This document shows, piece after piece, positions 52,301 through 63,086 of a stretch of 64,000 bases of DNA. The position numbers and the translations under genes were made by a program. The stretch is from Pelagomonas calceolata (taxonomy: Eukaryota). Where the stretch lies: NCBI GenBank assembly GCA_918797485.1, contig CAKKNE010000002.1:1116001-1180000 (forward strand), written 5' to 3'. Within the stretch, counting starts at the first letter, position 1. Each line of letters starts with the position of its first letter. The notes beneath the pieces are model-generated. The model made no database searches. It saw only the letters and a list, made by a program, of their open reading frames with translations, and was not told the origin of the DNA.

Positions 52301-53766
52301 TTAGTGCCGCCGCCGGCTTCGCTCACGCGACCGCGACCGCTTGCGCCGCTCGCGATCCCTATCCCGACGGCTCCGTTCCCGCGATCGATCGCGCCGGCTC
52401 CGGTCGCGGTCGCGCCGATCATCCAAGCCTTCGATGCCAAGCGACCGCCCCGGGTCCCGCCGCTCGCCCCGGCGCCTATCGCGGTCGTCCAACCGCCCGC
52501 GGTAGTCGCGCACGTGATCAGCCGCGTAGACGTCCTCGCCGCTGCGACCGCCATAAGCTCTTTGCGAGGGCCCGCCGGGCCCGTAGTGGCCCGTATCTAA
52601 CAAAGCCCCACCCTTCCGGTGCTTCTCCCGCAGCTTCGCCGCCGCGCTCCCTTTATACTGCATCGTGTAGCGCGACCATATCTTCGCCACCGATTGGGAA
52701 AAATCGACCCTAATGCGGGAATCATCGATGAGCACGTTGTTCATCTTTTTATAAGCTTCCACGCAACTTTTTTCTTCTTCAAAGGCGATAAACGCGAAGT
52801 TGAGACTATCCCCGGTCTTCCAATCCCTTACGATGTCGCACGACTCGATGCGACCAAATCTACTGAAAATGAGTTCGAGATCCGCGTCCTCTGTCGCCTT
52901 GTTGAGCTTCGCGATAAATAACTCATTTTTGGGCACCTCGACCTGCGCGGAACGACGCCGTCGCGAAACGAGTCGCGTCGACTCTCATGGGATCATGAAG
53001 ACGGCGTCGCCTCGAAGCTCCTTTCCGCGCCGCATCAGACGTCCGCGTGGGGTAGATCTCCAATCATTTCCAGGACCTCCGCCTGGCTGCGCGCTTTTTT
53101 GTCGGCTTCTTGCGACGCGCGCTCCGCCGCGGTGAGGCCGTCGTGCGCGTCCTTGGCCTGGCCGTAGGCGACTCTTGCTGTCACTTTTTCGTCCGTGTGA
53201 GGCGTCTCTGGTTTCCTATCAGGTGACGGCGGGCATTCTACGGCAGCAAAGGGGTTCTCCAGGACGTGCGTGTGCTGGATTCTCACATCCTCCCAGGGTC
53301 TTCCATTTCCATCAAGATACAACGCTCCCATCTTCTTCAGGACGTCTAACCCCTCCGCGACTTCCCCAATAATCATATGACCGCCCGCATCCAGGTGGTC
53401 CAAATCCTCGTCTCGCAGCGTGAAGAAAAATTGCGATCCATAGACATGTTCGTTGCCCTGGGAGCCCATCGACACGACAGACACGAGACCCGCTCGGTCA
53501 TGTTTCTGTCTATCATCTGTTGGTGTGTGCCGTATGAACCGTTGAGCGTCTCCTTCGTGATGCGAAGCACAACATCCCCCTTTGCCCGTACCACTCGGGT
53601 CGCCCGTCTGGGCCAAACAGCCACTTTGCACCTGATACACGAGACAGCCGTGGTAGTACTTTCTAGCGCACAATCGTGTAAAGCTCTCGCAGATCTTTGC
53701 CGGCTCGCCCTCGTCGTACAGGTCGACGACGACGTCGCCCAGCGGGAACTGGAGCATGACGGCCAT
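52301..53766 (-). CDS. PPIL4: Cyclophilin-RRM protein (PPIL4/CYP59), 2 exons
   Basis: Cyclophilin ([20 protein letters not shown]), [13 protein letters not shown] ([37 protein letters not shown]) and an RS/RD tail. Intron at 53040-52943. Confidence 0.92.
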
Positions 53767-53886
53767 TCTTGCGCTGGCGCTTGGCGACAGCGCTCGACAG
53801 CGCTGCGGGCGAACCTCTTAGAGACGGCTGCGCGCGTCGAAGGCGTGCGCCAGCGGCTGTTATGCCGTCGCGGCCGCAAAGTCCGA

Positions 53887-53912
53887 GCTAGCGTACAGTA
53901 AGACACTAGCAA
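53887..53912 (+). promoter_or_regulatory. Recurrent upstream motif, copy
   Basis: GCTAGCGTACAGTAAGACACTAGCAA; its first 23 nt are identical to the 35082 copy. Confidence 0.6.
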
Positions 53913-54115
53913 GGAAAAGCAAGCTTCGAGATTGGTGCATTGCTCGTGCGAAATTCGCACGAGAACAGCTGTAGAGTTCGGTTCAGGACATTTTCGCAGT
54001 CAGTAAAGCTGCGTGTAGCGCCGCGTACGCGAAACGCAACAGCAGCCTCCGGTAGCTCCAGCACCTCTCTGGCAGCCACACGCCGTCGCAGCGTCGACGC
54101 AACACGAGACGAACC

Positions 54116-55171
54116 ATGCCCCTCCCCGAGGGCCTCTCGCCCCCTTTGTTAATAGCGCTGGCGGCCGTCTGGTGCCGTTTCGTATATGCGCTGTGCACGC
54201 CGAACCTATCAGGTGCATTTGTAGCGCTGGCGACGGTCGCGGCGTGGCGCTGGGCCGTCCGGGCCAAGCGACGACGGAATAGTAATCACGCGCGAACCAA
54301 ACCGGCGCCGACGCCCGAGATTGCTCAACGCGCCGAGGCCTCAGGTATGACTGTCGAACAATTAGACGCCGACGCTTTGAATACGATACAACGCTGCGCC
54401 AAGCTCGCGACGAACGACAGCGAGGGCGAGGCGGAGGAATTAGGCTTCCGCCTCGTGTTGACCTTCGACCTCGCCGTGACGCCTTCAGAAGCTTTCAGTA
54501 AATTCTGGGAAAATGATTACTACGCGCGAGTGCTAGAGGAGAAGTGCAACAACGAGGACGTGACCTTCGAGCCTTGGGTGAGTGATAATCCAAAGACGCG
54601 GAAAGTGAATACCAGACATCCTTTGGCGAAGGATATTAGTATGCCCGGCATCTCTTTTAGTATACCAACCGCGAAGATCCAGCGCGTCTTCTTCGACGTC
54701 TGTGAGATGGCGTTTTGTATTGTCGAGGAGTCGCGTTTCGAGAAAATACCATATGCGCGGGCCCTGGCCGTCGAGACGGTGTGGTTGTTCCAGCGGAAGG
54801 GGTCGTCGATCTTTGGGAGAGTGTATTATAGGTGCGTCTTCGATTGTACGGTACTATCAGTACCGAAGTGGATCCAGAGCTATTGCAACGCGCACACGCG
54901 CGAAGAATTAATTGTTACGTACGGGCACTGGATCTCGGCGGCGCGCGAGCTGTTGGAAGCGGAGACGGGCGTGCGCAGCGCCCGCATGGTCGACACGCCG
55001 CGCGAGGCGCCGCCGCCCAGTTGGGCCGGCGTCCCGACCAACGGGTGGGACGACGTCTTCCCCGAGACGAAGCGGTGGCTCGAGGGTTTTGACGCGGTCT
55101 CCGCGGACCAGGTCTCGCTGAAGACCGTGGTCTCCGCCGTGAGCGTTGAAGAGGAGGTCGAAGCGAGGTAA
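54116..55171 (+). CDS. Membrane-anchored VASt/StART-like lipid-transfer domain protein
   Basis: Two N-terminal hydrophobic helices and a W...TRKV...HPL...KIPYARALAVETVW pattern. Confidence 0.6.
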   Translation: MPLPEGLSPPLLIALAAVWCRFVYALCTPNLSGAFVALATVAAWRWAVRAKRRRNSNHARTKPAPTPEIAQRAEASGMTVEQLDADALNTIQRCAKLATNDSEGEAEELGFRLVLTFDLAVTPSEAFSKFWENDYYARVLEEKCNNEDVTFEPWVSDNPKTRKVNTRHPLAKDISMPGISFSIPTAKIQRVFFDVCEMAFCIVEESRFEKIPYARALAVETVWLFQRKGSSIFGRVYYRCVFDCTVLSVPKWIQSYCNAHTREELIVTYGHWISAARELLEAETGVRSARMVDTPREAPPPSWAGVPTNGWDDVFPETKRWLEGFDAVSADQVSLKTVVSAVSVEEEVEAR

Positions 55172-55185
55172 CACTAAAAATGAAT

Positions 55186-57557
55186 TTATATGGTCGGTGA
55201 ACGCACTCTCTCGGTCGGCGGCCGGATGCGCCTTGCTAATGTAATTTTGCGCCGCGCCGCCGCGAGCTTGGCCTTGGCGGCCGTGATTCGTTCCCGCTTC
55301 TCGGCGCGAGCGCGCGCGTCCTCAACGGACGACCCGATGTTCTTCAATTTTTTGCGCACTTCCCTCAGCCGGTTCGACGCCGCCAGTCGAGGAGAAGCGC
55401 CCGCCACAAAGCCGTGGGGCACGGTGATCGTCTCCTCATTTACTTTGAACGAGTCGCCCTGTCTCAGACCAGCGGGCACCGTCACATTCAACTGATCTCC
55501 AGTAAGCGTCTCCAACAATTTCCGCAATTCAAGTTCCTCCTCCGTGAGGTGTTCCCGGTCCTCGATCTGGTGCTCGACAAACAACGCCCGCTTCGCATAG
55601 AACTCATACATAAAGTCGATCGTAACTAACGCGCAAACGTATAATATCGTCCAGACGTTTTCGCGATCCTTCTTGGGCCAGACGCACCCCAGCACGATGA
55701 TTATGCATAGCATTAACCGTATAGACACCCGAGCCTTCTTCTTCGTCCACCACACTCCCCGATCATTATGGAGCTTGCCGTGGAACAAAGCTATTATGGA
55801 TAGGGAGAGTAGTAGCACACAGGTGAATCCTAAGAAGAGGTTTCGTTCCCTAACAAGCCATTTATGACCCGTGGCCGCCCAATGTAAGACCGCGCCCGCG
55901 CCCGCGGCACTTATATATAACGGTAAGTGCGCTAGAGTCCACATGATGCTTCTTAACGCATTGACGTTGATGGCGTGCTTCGCGACGCAGCTCTGTAACT
56001 CAAAATAGAGTAACTTGATCAGTAGAGCGTAGTAAACACTGAGACAGGCCACGAGCATCTTCTTCACGCTGTCGCTCTGTTGTAAAATAGCGACGGCGGC
56101 AAATAAAGATTCCCCACAGGTAATGATGACGAGCAGCCCGAATCGCTCCGAGACGTACTCCACATTAACGACTAACGTCGATAACGAGTGGGGCCCGATC
56201 CCGCTATGAGGAAGCATCCAGCTCCCACAGTACATGAACGGCAGGTAAATGGCCCACAACGCGTACCCGAGCCAGCCTATTTCTATGTGTCCTAGGTCTG
56301 GATGTAAAATGACCACGAACAGGAGTGATACGAATGCATTCGCTATGAGGTTAACAGCTTCCGTCGTCAGCGTCCGCCAGTGGATCGGCTGGCTTAGGAA
56401 CGAATCGGCGACGGACCACAGCCCCAAACCGTTCGCGAGCGCGTTCCAGGCGTGGAACTTCCAGACACATGCATCGCCGTGCGGCGCCGCGCCTGCGTGA
56501 ATATTGAAGGTGAGTCGCGGCGGTGGCGTGTGGGGCGCTCTCGCGTCGATGGCGTATGGTGTCTCTCGCAGATGGCGTCCAACCCCATGCCGGGGCGTCC
56601 GAGCTTACGGCCGAGCCCACTGCGGAGCCTCGAGCCCACGGATGATTGGTCGTGGAGCCAACAGCCGAGCCTATGGCCCAGACCATGGCCAAGCCCACGT
56701 ATACGCCATCGACGCGACGCCGCCGACACCGGCACGCCATCGCAGCGACGCTCGCAAGGGGACTCGGACAGCGCAAGACGCCATCGCCGCGACGCTCGAA
56801 GACCAAGGGACGCCGGCCGCGCACCGCCCATGCCCAGGCAACAGATCGCCCGGCCCAGGAGTAAGAGAGAGCCGAATAAGTCGTTCCGCCGCCACTGGGC
56901 CCGGTGGCCGTCCGTAAAACGTCGGACAGAGATCACCGTCGCCGTCTCGAGACAATATAAAAACACGGCTCGCGGGAAGCTCATATGGACATCACTCGAA
57001 GACAACCTCCTATGATGTACATCACTCTCAGATGATAGGGTCAGGCACGACGCCAGCGACCCGAACGCCGCCACCAAGGCCAAATCAAAAAACAGCTCGT
57101 CCCAGCTCGATTTGGTCTCTTTATGTAAGTTGAGGACGTGGGTACAGTACCACTCGTGCTCCTTGAGCGTGAGTGGCGGGCAATAGATGCCTTCTATCGC
57201 CTCGAAGACCTCCTCTACCGACTCTTCACTGTCGTAGCCGCCCGGGTCGTCATCAAATAAAACGTCCTCGACGTTCGAGAAGAAGGAGTCGTTCAGGAGG
57301 CCTTGGTCCTTTTGGCTACCGATGTTTCTTTGTGTTCCTTGGCGCCAACTACCTGAGCCTCTCAGCAGCGACTTGACGCGCTGGTTGATGGGCTCCGGCC
57401 TAGCATGACTCTCGTAGTCCGACTTGCGCTGTTCAGTATCGTCCCAGCCGCTCGAGCCCCACCGGCCCTCGAGCTTCGACTCCGTGGCGGGCTCGGCGGG
57501 CTCGGCGGCGTCGTCGCCGGCGTCCTCGAAGGCGTCAACGTTCACGATCTCCGCCAT
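55186..57557 (-). CDS. Low-temperature-requirement A (LtrA)-like membrane protein, 2 exons
   Basis: SWDELFFDLALV, ERFGLLVIITCGES and W...HLPL. Intron at 56824-56493 restores the frame. Confidence 0.8.
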
Positions 57558-58216
57558 CGCGTCAACGTTCGCTTACTTAATGTGCTGCGTTGGCCGCGCT
57601 CGTGCTGCGGCGCTCCACTCCTGCAGGCGCTCCAATCGGTGTGTGGGCGCGCGCGTGTTGCGCCCGCTGCCGCGCGGTGCTGCCGCGATTCGTGTGAAGG
57701 AAAGCGGGCTGCCCCGGCCGCGCGCGTGCCCTCGCGCGGTTGTTGTTCCGCGGTTTAAGCCTCGGCCGCGCCCGCCCTTCTAGGTTTTGGGCTTTCGGCC
57801 CCGACTCGCGCGCGACCCGTCCAACGCGCCCCGTGGTCCTCGTGAACACTCCAAGCACGAATCAAGGACCTCCAACACCGCCCATGCAAGCGAAAGTGGC
57901 CTCGCAAATATTTTTCCCAGAGAAACACACCTACACCCCTCCCGGCCCCGTCCCCAACAACAAAGGAAGCACATAGAAGTCCAAAATTCCATTCCCCATA
58001 TGAGAATGAGAGCAGTACGGTAGTTACCTTAGGCGTATGGAGAAAGCAGGGTGAAAACGCCGGCGACCTCAGCCGCGCTTTTCGCAGCCCCCGCGGACGC
58101 AGAGACGCAGCGGCACCGCGCAACGCCGCGCGGCACCCTCCCGGAGCGCGCCCCCCACGGAAAACGCGGCGCCGCGCCGCCGCTCCATCAAAACAAAGAG
58201 CAGTCCCCTCAGCGGC

Positions 58217-59723
58217 ATGTCGCTGCTCAAAAGGACGAGAGACCCGGCGCGCAGCGCCCTCTTCGAGCCCGACCCGGCGACGGCCAAGCCGAAGCGCCGC
58301 CGCGCCCACAAGGCGCGCGACGTGAGCGACGACCTCGAGCTCGGTGCCGCGCCGGCGTCCCCGTCAAATTTTGGAGCGCGCCGCGCCACGCGAGCGGGCC
58401 GCGCGCGCCGCGCCGCGCGAGCCAGCGCCGCGCCGGCGGAAGCCGCGGCGGCGGCGGTGCGCGTCGGCGGCGGCCGCGGCCTCTCCGCCGCGCGCCACGC
58501 GCGGGCCCCGTGGAAACGCGTTTCCGCGCGCGCCGCGCCGCCGCGGCTTCCGCCGACCGCGGCGCTGGCTCGCGCGGCGCCGCCGACCGCGGCCTCTCCG
58601 CCACGCGAGAGGGCGCCGCGGTCGCGTCGATGGCGTCGAGAGACGCCGCGCCGCCGCGACGCCGTCGACGCGCCCCGCGAGAGAACCCGTGGTCGCCGCG
58701 ACGCCGCGCGCGGGCCCCTCACGGTACCACACCACAGGCAACGCCTTCCGGAAGATCTCCGCGCTGGCGGCGCCGGTCGCCATCCCGAAGCAGCAGGGCC
58801 TCACGCGCCAGCAGGCGCTGGGCCGACTCGGCGGCAAGTGCGCCGGGTCCATCGGCGAGAACAAGTTCGCCGTCGAGGTCGCGGCCGACGGAAGATCGAG
58901 GTGCCAATTGCGGACGTGCAAGGTCCCGCTGAAGATCGGCGAGTTACGCCTTGGAAAAAGACCGCCGTCGCTACGCCACGGCCAGAACAAGAAGTGCACG
59001 TGGTACCATCCCGAATGTGCCATGGTCGCCTTCGCGGCCTGCTCGAAGAAGTCGCGCGTCGTCGAGCGCGTCGAGGACATCGACTACGGCTTCGAAAGTC
59101 TCTCGGCGAAGGACCAGCAAAGAATTAGAAAGGCCATCGCGAACCGGCCCGTCGACAAGAGCGTTGTCCAGAGAAAGCCCTCGTCGAAGCCCCGCAAGTG
59201 CCACAAGGTCCCGATTGTACATGCCATCGACACGGACACGTCGTGTGCTTCCTCACTAGATGAGCGCGTCGGCCGGCTGACGGACGACGAGGACGTCGAC
59301 GAGAAGCCTTCTGGGTCGATCTCCATGTTGCGAGCCGCCGGATCGTTTGTCATGTCTCCGAGCAACCCGCCGCCGGCGCCGACCGAAGTCGCCGAGGAAC
59401 TGGCCAGTTTCGCGTTCGGCGGCTCGTTGGATTTCAACGAAGCCATGTCGTCCGAGATGCAGGACGAGCCGTTTTATCGGGACGCGTTTTATCGTTCTCC
59501 TTCGCGCTTAGAAGAGGCTCTCTCCGCGCCTCTGCCGCCGTCGCCGCCGGGCCAATACTCATTATTGCGGCCGCAACTCAATGATGGTACGGTCGACTGG
59601 CCGCAGGTGCCCCTCGACCAGCTCGTCGACGTCGCGATCACCGGTCCCCTGGCCTTAGTAGCCTGCGATGATGATGTAGAAACAGTCTCCGGCGACGTCG
59701 ACGTCGACTTCGCTGATCCCTAG
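58217..59723 (+). CDS. Protein with a PARP-type zinc finger, 2 exons
   Basis: EVAADGRSRCQLRTC..KIGELRLG...WYHPEC...GFESLSAKDQQRI. Intron at 58344-58737. Confidence 0.8.
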
Positions 59724-59889
59724 ATTCCCTGTCCCCATGTCCTTCCCATTCCTCACGGCAGCGCACCGCCGCGGGACTCTTTGAACAGAGTTTAACCCCA
59801 GCGGCCGTCGTCGCGCGCCCCTCCCCCAGTAGTTGTACTAAGTATGTACATATATGATCACGGTCACGGTACCTATCTAGTAGCCTTAC

Positions 59890-60903
59890 TCAGGGGCTCG
59901 GCTTCGCCGTCGCCCGCCGTTTAAAGTCTTCGTCCTGAGGATGGTCGAAGGACGCCTCCTCGTCGCCGCCCTCCAGGTCGCCGCTCATGCTCCGTTTGTC
60001 GGCTAATCTATAACCCATGATGTCGTCTCGGACCGATTCGGGAAACACGGGCGCCGTCGGTAATAACCAGTCGTAGCGAAAACCCCGCGATCGCCCCCCA
60101 AAGACCTCGTTCACGTCCGACGCGCACTCCGTCTCCTCGCCCTTCAAGCGATCGATCTTCGCGACATTTGTCCGCAACACGCTCCATTGGTCCGCGAGCA
60201 TGCACGCCGTGAACAACCCGAACAACAAGGCACAAAACGCAACCAGAATAGTGCCGAGCTTGCCCGGGTTGAAACTTTGTTTAGCTAGCTCGATCGTCGC
60301 GTCGTCATCATACCGCTCCTGCCTTCGCTGTTGCCTATTCATCTTTGGTAAGCGAGGTGCCGCGTAGGTCAACTGCACGATGACGACCATGGAATGGATA
60401 CATAGAGCAAACGTATACCCGATGAACAGGATGAAAAACTTGTGATTGAGCACGCCAATGGCGTTGTTCGTCCACGGGCAGTAGTGGTCCATCTTGACGA
60501 TGCATCTATTGGTTACGGAGTCGTGGTGGGCGCGCGGCGGCTTGTAGGACGCGCAGCGGTGGCACCAGCCCTTTGCTCGTGATCTGTAGCCGGAGGCCGC
60601 GGACGCGGCGAGGCGTGCCCGCTCTTCGTCTCGCGCCAACGGGGCGGCGGCTCGCGGCACGGCGCCCGGATCTGACAGCATCGCCTTCAAGTGGGATAAC
60701 GACGCCATCCCTCCCAGCGTCAGGCAGACGATTGCATTGAGTAAACCGGTAATACCGACGCCGTGCCTATACAAGTCGTGCAGAATCGACGACACCGAGA
60801 ACAGGATGACCACTTGCGATAAAATAGCGCAGCACAACCCGCACACATCGAGACAGAGCCAATACCTCGCGTCGGCGCCGGTACCTAACAAAGGCCTTGG
60901 CAT
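59890..60903 (-). CDS. DHHC-family palmitoyltransferase (DHYC variant)
   Basis: SDPGAVP and CHRCASYKPPRAHHDSVTNRCIVKMDHYCPWTNNAIG. Start uncertain, as the frame is open further upstream. Confidence 0.9.
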   Translation of the reverse strand: MPRPLLGTGADARYWLCLDVCGLCCAILSQVVILFSVSSILHDLYRHGVGITGLLNAIVCLTLGGMASLSHLKAMLSDPGAVPRAAAPLARDEERARLAASAASGYRSRAKGWCHRCASYKPPRAHHDSVTNRCIVKMDHYCPWTNNAIGVLNHKFFILFIGYTFALCIHSMVVIVQLTYAAPRLPKMNRQQRRQERYDDDATIELAKQSFNPGKLGTILVAFCALLFGLFTACMLADQWSVLRTNVAKIDRLKGEETECASDVNEVFGGRSRGFRYDWLLPTAPVFPESVRDDIMGYRLADKRSMSGDLEGGDEEASFDHPQDEDFKRRATAKPSP

Positions 60904-61323
60904 CGCGCGCGCCCTATATTGGTTCCGCAGCGCAACCTTCAAAATCTCGAAGGTCGGGTCCTGGACCTGTTCGGGTTTGCGCCGCGCGGCGCCGGCTTCG
61001 GCCGCCACGTTTATGTTCTCCGCGCTCCGGCGCCGCGGCGGCGCGTGGACCCGGTCGAGGAAGACGGCCGCGCGCGACGTGGTGGCGGCCGCGCGCCGGC
61101 CTTTTGGCCCTCCGGCGGCGGCTCACGGCCCGCGTACGAACCGCTAGAGTCCAAAAACCGGGCTACCGGTTGATGCGCTGTACCGCTCGTCGGGCGCCTT
61201 GGCGCGGCTAGTGTTGCCCGTGCCGTGGATATGAATCGTCTACAGAGCTATTGCGCCTGATAACTGATTTCAGAAGCAGCTTTAAGGACGACAAAAAGCC
61301 GGCCAAAGCACGCGCAGCTTAGA

Positions 61324-61350
61324 CTAGTATGTCACTGTACTCTAGCCCGA
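61324..61350 (-). promoter_or_regulatory. Recurrent upstream motif, divergent copy
   Basis: Reverse complement reads TCGGGCTAGAGTACAGTGACATACTAG, compared with TCGGGCTAGCGTACAGTAAGACACTAG at 35078. Confidence 0.45.
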
Positions 61351-61593
61351 AAAAATAAACACGACGTACGAGACGCGCCAGCTGCGTACGAGGCTAGTTG
61401 TGCTCCTGAAAACATTTTTAGACTATTTGGCAGACGCACGGAGCACCAGTCGTATTCCTCTGATCATAGGCGGCTCAGTCCCTCCAAAAAGGCTGAGAGA
61501 GCCCCTCGAGTGAAACCGGCGCGCCTACGCACGGGAACCGCTACGTGACATGTACTCGCCCGCCAGCACGACGCCGCCGCGAACACCGCACTG

Positions 61594-62922
61594 ATGTGCC
61601 GCCCCCCAACCCAAGACGAGATAGCAAACGAGCCCTCGCTCGCGCGGACCTTCTGGCGGCTGCGGGCCGTCGCCCTCGTCGCGTGCTGCGACGAAGCCTT
61701 GTTCAGCTTCGCGACGGGCGCGACGCACTACCCTTATCTGAGGACGCTCGTCCGCTGCCACGCTCGTTCGTCGAGTTTCAGCGGCTCCGCGCGCTGCGGC
61801 GACGCCGACGTCGTTTTACAAAGGGGCGCGCGGCTCGGCGGCTGGGCGACCTTCGCTGTCGTCGTGGGCAACGTCCTGTGCGTGCTGCTCTGGGCGCCGC
61901 GGATCGACTCCTTGGGCAGGCGCCATACTATAATAAGAAGCCTCGGCGGCCTCGCGCTGGGTTTACTGGCTCTGGCCGGCGCGGCACAGCTGGACTCGGT
62001 CGCCCTGTCGCTCGGCGCCTACGTCGTCATGGCCGCGACGTCGGCGACGCAGGCCGCCGCCGCGGCGCTGGCGTCCGATAGCATCGAGAAGGACGCGCGC
62101 CAGAGAACCGCTCTAGCGGTAGTAGGCGGCGCCCGGGGCGCGGGCACCGTCGTCGCCGCCGCCGCGGGCTACTTTGTTTTGAGAAGGGACCTCGAGGACT
62201 ATGCAATACCCTACGCGGCCTGCGCGGCCCTAGCGTTGATCGGGGCGGCGCTCGCGCGGGGCGCGTTGCCCGAGGACGCGCCTCCACAACAGACGGAGCG
62301 CGACTGGCGCCGCGGCGCGCGGGCCCTCGTATCAAACTGCCACCGCGCGGCCGCGGCCCTCTCTATTACAACCGCGGCCTACTACGCCGGCTTCTCTATA
62401 TTAAGCTCGTGGGGCATCTCGCAGCTCGGCCTCGCGCAGGCGACGCTGTCGCTCGTGGTGTTGGTCCAGTATGCGGGAATGGCCCTCGGCGCCCTCGCCG
62501 CGAGTCTCGTCGGAGGCGCGATCGCCGTCGCGGGCGGCTTGGTCGCGACGGGCCTCGCGGCGCCGCGCGCACCTTTATTGGTCTGGGCGCTGCCGCCGAT
62601 CGCGGGCGTGGGACTGGGCGCGGCGTCGACGGCGGCGTCGACTGAAGTCGGTATCGGCGTCGAGCAGGAAGACCAGGGCCAGGCCCAGGCCGTGCTATTG
62701 CTACTGGGCTACGTCGGGGCGGCCCTGGGGTGCCTCCTGGGCCCCCGGCTCTACGCGCCGGAGGCATCGGTGTTGAGGGCGTCGCTTCCATTTTTGGTGG
62801 GCGCGGGCGTGGCGGTGGCGACAGCGCTCGGTCTCATCGCCACGGCGCCTCGCTCAGCGGGACCGCTCGAGGAGACGCTCCTCGACGAAGACTCCGAGGA
62901 GGCGGACCCGGGCGAAGTGTGA
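61594..62922 (+). CDS. MFS transporter
   Basis: IDSLGRR motif, many hydrophobic helices, and EDQGQAQA. Confidence 0.8.
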   Translation: MCRPPTQDEIANEPSLARTFWRLRAVALVACCDEALFSFATGATHYPYLRTLVRCHARSSSFSGSARCGDADVVLQRGARLGGWATFAVVVGNVLCVLLWAPRIDSLGRRHTIIRSLGGLALGLLALAGAAQLDSVALSLGAYVVMAATSATQAAAAALASDSIEKDARQRTALAVVGGARGAGTVVAAAAGYFVLRRDLEDYAIPYAACAALALIGAALARGALPEDAPPQQTERDWRRGARALVSNCHRAAAALSITTAAYYAGFSILSSWGISQLGLAQATLSLVVLVQYAGMALGALAASLVGGAIAVAGGLVATGLAAPRAPLLVWALPPIAGVGLGAASTAASTEVGIGVEQEDQGQAQAVLLLLGYVGAALGCLLGPRLYAPEASVLRASLPFLVGAGVAVATALGLIATAPRSAGPLEETLLDEDSEEADPGEV

Positions 62923-63007
62923 CGATCCAGCGAGGCCTCCACGCCGTCGACGCGAGTCCCGGAAGAGAACTGTAAATAATTGTGTTTTTTCCTTAGGGAG
63001 GGAAGGG

Positions 63008-63086
63008 CCGAGTCCTGCAATAGCGGTGCGGTACCGAGTCCAGCAAATTGCGGTGCGGTACCGAGTCCTGCACGAGCGGTGCGACC
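63008..63086. repeat. Three tandem 26-27 bp units between convergent genes
   Basis: CCGAGTCCWGCA-N3-4-GCGGTGCG(GTA) repeated three times. Confidence 0.85.

Noticed and set aside
52036..52713. 225-aa plus-strand ORF
   Set aside because: It combines an FG-GAP remnant, unassigned sequence and the antisense of the PPIL4 tail, and starts at GTG.
63008..63086. CRISPR-like array
   Set aside because: The variable parts are only 3-4 nt, there are no cas genes, and the context is eukaryotic.
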